Shown here piece by piece: positions 58,055 through 64,000 of a stretch of 64,000 bases of DNA (the first letter of the stretch is position 1; each line of letters begins with the position of its first letter). The DNA lies in NCBI GenBank assembly GCA_965223665.1, contig OZ245011.1, forward strand, positions 2,464,001-2,528,000, given 5' to 3'. The position numbers and the translations under genes are program-made. This DNA comes from Nitrospinaceae bacterium. Lineage in GTDB: Bacteria > Nitrospinota > Nitrospinia > Nitrospinales > Nitrospinaceae. The notes under the pieces are model-generated. The model was given only the letters and a program-made list of their open reading frames with translations. It was not told the DNA's origin and made no database searches.

Positions 58055-59453
58055 TTCCTGCTCCCTGCATTAAAATTAAACTAAAAAACATACTGACCCA
58101 AATTGAAACTACTACCCAAGCCGGAAAACTTTCCATGGCATGTTCCAAGCGATTTTCTCTTAAATAAATATGTGAACTTAATAACCCCAGAACTATAGTT
58201 ACCACCTGAATGATCTGAAGTGTAGATAGTAATTGAACATTGCCTGAGCCTAATCCAAAAAGTGACTGCATTAAAGACCAGGCCGACGAAAAGTCGTGGG
58301 CTCTAAAAAAGACCCAACCTAAACTTACCAATATGAAAGTGACCAAACCTAAACCAAATCGACTAACCCGTTTTTTAGTCCACAATAAGTCGGCAAAGTT
58401 CTGTTTCAATAAATGTTCAATAACCAAATAAAAACCATGGAGTAGGCCCCAGGCAACAAATGTCCAGGCAGCCCCATGCCAAAGCCCTCCTAAAAACATT
58501 GTGATCATTAAATTGATTAATGTCCGGCCATTTCCCTTTTGATTTCCTCCAAGAGGAATATATAAATAATCTCTCAGCCAAGTGGAAAGTGTCATATGCC
58601 AACGCCTCCAAAAATCTGAGAAACCAATGGCGGCATACGGAGATCTAAAGTTATCCGGCAAAACAAATCCTAAACATAGAGCCACTCCAATAGCACAAGT
58701 TGAATATCCTGCGAAATCACAAAAAATTTGTGCAGAAAATGCCAGCAATCCAAGCCAGGCATCCCAAAAATAGATGGTGCCGTCTTTAAATCCAAATATG
58801 GCGTCTGCCGAGGAAGCTAACATTCCATCCGCCAAAACCACCTTTTGAAACAAACCCAGCGTAATGAAATACAAACCCCAGCCAAATTGATTTTTTGTTG
58901 CACGTTTCGCTTCGGTACATTGTGGCAGAAAATCAGTTGCCCTAACAATCGGTCCTGCAACCAACTGAGGAAAGAAGGTGACATACAATGCATAATCTAA
59001 AAATGATTTGCCTGGTTGTGCGCGACGCAGGTAAATATCTAATGTGTAGGAAAGAGTTTGAAAGGTATAAAACGAAATTCCAATGGGTAAAATAATATCC
59101 GGGACTGCAGGGTTAAAATTGAGTCCTATCCATTGGACCAACCCAATAAAATTTTTCAACAAAAACTCACCGTATTTGAAAAATCCCAATAATCCTAAAT
59201 TACCCAGCAAGCTCAAACCTAATAAAAATTGGCGCTCGCCAGTTTTTTCCCTTTTTGATAATTCCTTAGCCACCCACCAATCAAGAAGGGTTGAAAACCA
59301 AAGAATAATAACAAATGGAGGATTCCAGGCTGCGTAAAATATATAACTGGAAATCAGAAGAATGGATTTTTGAATTCTCCAGGATGAAACCGTGTAGTGA
59401 AATAGAAGAACGATAAGAAAAAAAACTATAAAAGTGAGGGAATTAAATAACAA
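58029..59453 (-). CDS. MBOAT O-acyltransferase (AlgI/PatA family)
   Basis: MLFNS start (TTG 59453), LPIGISFYTFQ, FFPQLVAGPI, DFAGYS, FWRRWH, GLWHGA and C-terminal FIYFQF. Confidence 0.95.
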   Translation of the reverse strand: MLFNSLTFIVFFLIVLLFHYTVSSWRIQKSILLISSYIFYAAWNPPFVIILWFSTLLDWWVAKELSKREKTGERQFLLGLSLLGNLGLLGFFKYGEFLLKNFIGLVQWIGLNFNPAVPDIILPIGISFYTFQTLSYTLDIYLRRAQPGKSFLDYALYVTFFPQLVAGPIVRATDFLPQCTEAKRATKNQFGWGLYFITLGLFQKVVLADGMLASSADAIFGFKDGTIYFWDAWLGLLAFSAQIFCDFAGYSTCAIGVALCLGFVLPDNFRSPYAAIGFSDFWRRWHMTLSTWLRDYLYIPLGGNQKGNGRTLINLMITMFLGGLWHGAAWTFVAWGLLHGFYLVIEHLLKQNFADLLWTKKRVSRFGLGLVTFILVSLGWVFFRAHDFSSAWSLMQSLFGLGSGNVQLLSTLQIIQVVTIVLGLLSSHIYLRENRLEHAMESFPAWVVVSIWVSMFFSLILMQGAGNAFIYFQF

Positions 59454-59656
59454 TGGAGAGCTCCAGTCACATCTTTTGAACAAAGCTTCACTTAGAACAA
59501 TAATTGCTTTATATATCCTAGTGGATGGGATATGTCTAAAAAACTTAGGAATTGGCCCTGAAAAATGATTTCCTTTAAGTTTTTCAGGTTGAAGGCAACT
59601 ATTTGGAGGAAAAAATGGCCTTTAAAAACATTTTGGGAATTTTATTAAAAAAAGAG

Positions 59657-59691
59657 TTGACATAGTAAATAAAAAATATAATATTTATTAT
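59657..59691 (+). promoter_or_regulatory. tetR promoter -35 with overlapping palindromic operator O1
   Basis: TTGACA at 59657; ATAGTAAATA-N10-TATTTATTAT at 59662-59691. Confidence 0.7.
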
Positions 59692-59721
59692 TAAGTTTTT
59701 ATTGACCTAGAGAGCTATAAA

Positions 59722-60321
59722 ATGAAAATACTCGAAAAAACTCAAGATGAGATAAAAAATCAAATACTGGATGCGGCATATTCGCGCTTTGCCCAATATG
59801 GTATGGGAAAAACTACCATGGCTGAAATTGCAAAAGATTGCGATATGTCTGCTGGAAATCTTTATCGATATTATGAGAATAAGACTGAAATAGCAGCTGG
59901 TTGTTGTCAGCGTTGTTTGGGTGAGCAAAAAGTCTTATTCAGGGAAATCATTCAAAGGCCTAATTTGAGTCCCAGTCAGAGGTTGGAAACCTTTATAGTG
60001 GAGATGCTTCAGCATTTACACGCTCAATTTTCGCAAAAGCCGAGATTATTTGAGCTTGTGATGCATGTTTCTCAAGAACGTATGGATTTAGTTGAGCAAC
60101 ACCATAAGGTATTACAATCTTATTTAGCTGAAATTTTGGCTGAAGGAAATAAGTCTGGAGAATTTGATGTGCCAGACGTATTAACCAGCGCTGAAATGAT
60201 TTTAGCGGCAACTTCAAGGTTTAACGCTCCTCACTTTATGAGTTCATTTTCACTGGAACAATTAGAGCGAGAAGCAAAAGGCGTTGTGCAATTGTTAATA
60301 AGTGGACTGGCCAAACACTAG
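59722..60321 (+). CDS. TetR/AcrR-family regulator
   Basis: ILDAA...F...G...TTMAEIA....MSAGNLYRYY.NK helix-turn-helix. Confidence 0.96.
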   Translation: MKILEKTQDEIKNQILDAAYSRFAQYGMGKTTMAEIAKDCDMSAGNLYRYYENKTEIAAGCCQRCLGEQKVLFREIIQRPNLSPSQRLETFIVEMLQHLHAQFSQKPRLFELVMHVSQERMDLVEQHHKVLQSYLAEILAEGNKSGEFDVPDVLTSAEMILAATSRFNAPHFMSSFSLEQLEREAKGVVQLLISGLAKH

Positions 60322-60342
60322 GTTATCCCTTTTTTTATTTTT

Positions 60343-60372
60343 ATAGTGAATATTTTATATTTTATTTATTAT
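60343..60372 (+). promoter_or_regulatory. Second palindromic operator O2 before the MMPL gene
   Basis: ATAGTGAATA-N10-TATTTATTAT; the arms match O1 at 19 of 20 positions. Confidence 0.7.
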
Positions 60373-60394
60373 TAATTCTTTACCCGGAGGCAAA

Positions 60395-62734
60395 ATGCAA
60401 TTCAATAAAAATTTTGGAGAATGGGTGATTCGCTTTAGATGGTGGATCCTTATTCTTACTCTTGTCTTTGTGGGGGTGAGCGCAAGCGGCGCGCGATTTT
60501 TAGATTTTTCCTCCGACTATCGTGTCTTTTTTAGTGAAGAAAACCCTCAATTACAGGCATTTGATGCCCTGCAAAACACATACACCAAAAACGATAATGT
60601 GATGATTGCTCTCGCTCCCAAAGACGGGAAGGTTTTTACAAACGAAACTCTTTCCGCTGTCGAAGAACTTACAAAAGAGTCTTGGCAAATACCTTATTCA
60701 ATAAGAGTTGAATCCATCACGAACTTTCAACATTCATGGTCAAAAGAGGATGACTTAATTGTTGAGGATTTAATTAAAAAAGCTCCTAAACTTTCAGAAG
60801 CTGACATACAAAGAATAAAGAAAATTTCGCTGGCAGAACCTCTCTTAGTTAATCGACTTATTTCTCCTCAAGCCCACGTTACAGGGATTAATGTAACCAT
60901 CAATTTACCAGGCAAATCAATAACAGAAGTTCCTGAGGTCGCTGCTTTTGTTCGAAAAATGGCAGACGATTTCCGAGAACAGCATCCTGATATTGCTGTT
61001 TATTTAACGGGTGTTGCCATGATCAACAACCAGTTTGTTGAAGCCGGGCAACAGGATATGCAATCCCTGGTACCGCTTATGTTCTTAATCATTGCCGTTT
61101 TAATGTGGGTGGCCCTTCGATCTTTTGCAGGTACTTTTTCGACCCTTCTCATAATAGGATTTGCAACAGTTACGGCAATGGGGTTTGGAGGTTGGATAGG
61201 TATTTTACTTACCCCTGTATCGGGCAATGCCCCTGTTTACATATTAACCATGGCTGTAGCAGATAGTATTCATATATTAATTACCTTATTCCATGAAATG
61301 CGCCATGGTAAAACACGAAACGAAGCCATTGTTGAATCATTACGCGTTAATTTAAAACCTGTTTTTATTACAAGTTTGACCACAGCTATTGGTTTTCTAA
61401 GTTTGAACTTTAGTGACTCACCTCCCTATTGGGATTTGGGAAATATGGTTGCGGTAGGGGTGATGGCCGCCTTTTTCTATTCGGTTCTTTTTCTACCAGC
61501 ATTGATGTCTGTTCTGCCGCTGGCTAAAAAAACCAGCCAACCAAAGAAGAATGGGCATATGGATCGTTTTGCTGACTTTGTAATCAACCACAGACAAAAA
61601 CTGTTTTGGAGTTTGCTTGGCATCATAGTAATACTGGCAGTACAAATTCCAAAAATTGAAATCAATGATTTATTCGAGGAATATTTTGATACTCGATACA
61701 CTTTTCGCACCGATACAGATTTTGTCACTGAGAATTTAAGTGGCTTTGAATCTATCGAATACTCCCTCAGCGCGGGAGAGCCTGAAGGCATCAGTAAACC
61801 TGAATATTTGGCTAAGCTTGAAGAATTCAAGGAATGGTACAAGCAACAACCTGGTGTTATGTACGTTGGCTCTTTGACAGACATCATGAAACGGCTGAAT
61901 AAAAATATGCATGGGGATGATCCATCATATTACAAACTTCCGGAAGACCGTGAACTGTCTGCTCAGTATTTACTATTGTTTGAAATGAGCCTTCCTTATG
62001 GGTTGGATTTAAATAATCAAATCAACGTCAGTAAATCAGCCACCCGCTTTACGGTCATTTTTAAGGAAATAGATACCAAAACCACTCTCGCTTTAGAAGA
62101 AAAAGCGCAGGTTTGGCTCAAGGAAAATGGACTTCCTGAAATGCAAACTCATGGCGCCAGTCCTTTAATCATGTTTTCAAATATTGCCATGAGAAATATG
62201 ATCAGCATGATCAATGGCACCAGTTTAGCCTTGGTATTAATTTCAGCCATATTGATTGTAGCTCTCAGGAGTTTCAAATTTGGGGTTATTAGTTTAGTTC
62301 CAAATTTAGTCCCGGCGTTCATGGCATTCGGTTTATGGGCATTAATTTTTAAAGAAATTGGTATGGCGGTATCTGTAGTAATCGCTTTGTCTCTTGGAGT
62401 AATTGTAGACGACACCGTACATTTCTTGAGCAAGTATTTGCTTGCCCGTCGGGAATATGGAAAATCTCCGGAAGAAGCCGTCAGATATTCTTTTCATACA
62501 GTTGGGATGGCCTTATGGGTCACTTCCATTGTCCTGGTGATTGGGTTTCTCGTTCTCGGTACTTCCGGGTTTACCATTAACTCTCATATGGGATATTTAA
62601 CGGCCATTACGATTGGATTTGCATTATTTGCAGACTTTTTATTCCTGGCACCTTTACTTATGAAAATTGACAAGAAGTCTATTAAGAGTTTGGATGTCTC
62701 TCCAAATATCAAACCCAAACAATTGGCAATTTAA
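60395..62734 (+). CDS. MMPL/RND-family transporter
   Basis: Two repeats of a periplasmic domain plus TM block; AVADSIH, TSLTTAIGF and GVIVDDTVHF. Confidence 0.93.
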   Translation: MQFNKNFGEWVIRFRWWILILTLVFVGVSASGARFLDFSSDYRVFFSEENPQLQAFDALQNTYTKNDNVMIALAPKDGKVFTNETLSAVEELTKESWQIPYSIRVESITNFQHSWSKEDDLIVEDLIKKAPKLSEADIQRIKKISLAEPLLVNRLISPQAHVTGINVTINLPGKSITEVPEVAAFVRKMADDFREQHPDIAVYLTGVAMINNQFVEAGQQDMQSLVPLMFLIIAVLMWVALRSFAGTFSTLLIIGFATVTAMGFGGWIGILLTPVSGNAPVYILTMAVADSIHILITLFHEMRHGKTRNEAIVESLRVNLKPVFITSLTTAIGFLSLNFSDSPPYWDLGNMVAVGVMAAFFYSVLFLPALMSVLPLAKKTSQPKKNGHMDRFADFVINHRQKLFWSLLGIIVILAVQIPKIEINDLFEEYFDTRYTFRTDTDFVTENLSGFESIEYSLSAGEPEGISKPEYLAKLEEFKEWYKQQPGVMYVGSLTDIMKRLNKNMHGDDPSYYKLPEDRELSAQYLLLFEMSLPYGLDLNNQINVSKSATRFTVIFKEIDTKTTLALEEKAQVWLKENGLPEMQTHGASPLIMFSNIAMRNMISMINGTSLALVLISAILIVALRSFKFGVISLVPNLVPAFMAFGLWALIFKEIGMAVSVVIALSLGVIVDDTVHFLSKYLLARREYGKSPEEAVRYSFHTVGMALWVTSIVLVIGFLVLGTSGFTINSHMGYLTAITIGFALFADFLFLAPLLMKIDKKSIKSLDVSPNIKPKQLAI

Positions 62735-62773
62735 AGTTATAGAATGAAATTGATTTTTTATAGGGAGAAAACC

Positions 62774-63568
62774 ATGAAATTCATATATACGTTCATACTA
62801 AGTTTAATTTTGATTGGTGTTTCAGTACCAACAGTTGCCGCAGCAAAAACACCACAGGAAAAAGGTCTGGAAATCGCAAAAGAAAACGATAAGCGGGATA
62901 ATGGATTCCAGGATTATAAAGCAGATGCCATCATGATTTTAAAAAATAAACAGGGAGACGAAAGCACAAGATATTTGCGATTTAAAGTTTTAGAAGTTCA
63001 AGGGGACGGAGATAAAAATATAACCATTTTTGATCGTCCCCGAGACATCAAAAATACTGCTTTCTTAAACTTTACTCATCCTCTTGGCAATGATGATCAG
63101 TGGCTATACCTGCCTGCATTAAAAAGGGTGAAACGCATCAGTTCTGCTAATAAATCCGGACCCTTCGTTGGCAGCGAGTTTGCTTATGAGGATCTCACGA
63201 GCCAGGAAGTTGAAAAATATTCCTACAAATGGATTCGCGATGAAGAATTTGAAGGAGAAAAATCTTTTGTTGTGGAGTATTATCCTGCATATGAAAATTC
63301 CGGTTATACTCGCCAGGTAGTTTGGATAGATCAAAAAAATTATAAAACCTTAAAGGTGGATTTTTATGATCGGAAAAACTCATTGCTCAAAACATTGACT
63401 TACAAAGGTTATAAACAATATCTGGATCAATACTGGTACCCCGATGAAATGTTTATGGTAAATCACCAGACAGGAAAGAGCACTCAACTGGTTTGGAAAA
63501 ATTATAAATTTCGCAATGGTCTGAGTAGCAAGCATTTCAATAAAAACAGCTTAAAACGAGCTCGATAA
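62774..63568 (+). CDS. Outer-membrane lipoprotein-sorting (LolA-like) protein
   Basis: GGGAG SD before ATG 62774; F..PRDIK.T.FL and DDQWLYLPALKRVKRIS...KSGPFVGSEFAYED. Confidence 0.9.
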   Translation: MKFIYTFILSLILIGVSVPTVAAAKTPQEKGLEIAKENDKRDNGFQDYKADAIMILKNKQGDESTRYLRFKVLEVQGDGDKNITIFDRPRDIKNTAFLNFTHPLGNDDQWLYLPALKRVKRISSANKSGPFVGSEFAYEDLTSQEVEKYSYKWIRDEEFEGEKSFVVEYYPAYENSGYTRQVVWIDQKNYKTLKVDFYDRKNSLLKTLTYKGYKQYLDQYWYPDEMFMVNHQTGKSTQLVWKNYKFRNGLSSKHFNKNSLKRAR

Positions 63569-63580
63569 TAAATTAATAAA

Positions 63581-64000
63581 GTGAATCCAAATCAAAAATT
63601 CGAAATAAGTTTCCTGCGATTGCAGTTAGTTTGCGTTTTAATGATCCTGTTTGGATTTTCTCCTTATTCAGTGGCACATGAGCTTACAGGTTCTGTAGGA
63701 GGAGAAGCCAGATATTTCCCTCAGAATCCTATACACAGCGGTCAACGAGACCAATCGGTTTCGGTAGTTTTTAAACCGGAGTATTACCATGAACTCGAAG
63801 ACGGGAGCAGCTTCACCTTCGCACCTTTTTTTCGTTTAGACAGTGGAGACTCAGAACGCACACACTTTGACATAAGAGAATTAACTTTTCTTTGGCTTCA
63901 TGACAAGTTCGAATTGAGACTGGGTGTCCGTAAAGTCTTTTGGGGAACCACCGAAGTTTTACATTTAGTGGACATTATCAATCAAACAGATCTGGTGGAA
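63581..64000 (+). CDS. Outer-membrane beta-barrel partner of the MMPL/LolA-like cluster (3'-truncated, not in ORF track)
   Basis: Hand translation is open to the window end: signal peptide, then EARYF..., RTHFDIREL and G.RKVFWGTTE..HLVDIINQTDLVE. Confidence 0.85.
   Translation, partial: MNPNQKFEISFLRLQLVCVLMILFGFSPYSVAHELTGSVGGEARYFPQNPIHSGQRDQSVSVVFKPEYYHELEDGSSFTFAPFFRLDSGDSERTHFDIRELTFLWLHDKFELRLGVRKVFWGTTEVLHLVDIINQTDLVE

Overview
AT-rich, gene-dense bacterial chromosomal segment. I saw no rRNA, tRNA, CRISPR array or mobile element. The five-subunit 2-oxoacid:ferredoxin oxidoreductase operon (forDABGE order, reductive-TCA type), a Na+-translocating oxaloacetate decarboxylase and modABC suggest a chemolithoautotroph, most plausibly a Nitrospina-like nitrite oxidiser (inference). 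Envelope genes are abundant: alpha-2-macroglobulin, MltA, two AsmA-like proteins, hflKC, an MBOAT/SGNH pair and a TetR-MMPL-LolA-like-barrel cluster. Housekeeping genes include rnhA, pcm, rlmB, rpsU, acyP and trkAH. The most interesting signals are: (1) a secreted His/Cys-rich protein ending in DPPP, followed by a structured switch-like RNA and a YcnI/DUF1775-like copper protein, a candidate CutF/CruR-type metal-sensing arrest system; (2) an intact DyP-peroxidase homologue lacking all heme/catalytic motifs, with an encapsulin-targeting-like tail; (3) a GGA-rich hairpin region resembling a Csr/Rsm sRNA next to a sigma-54-driven small gene; (4) a 66-aa histone-fold-like protein and an unlisted 25-aa membrane peptide; (5) several repeat-built scaffold proteins. 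All family assignments are by motif recognition; no searches were run.
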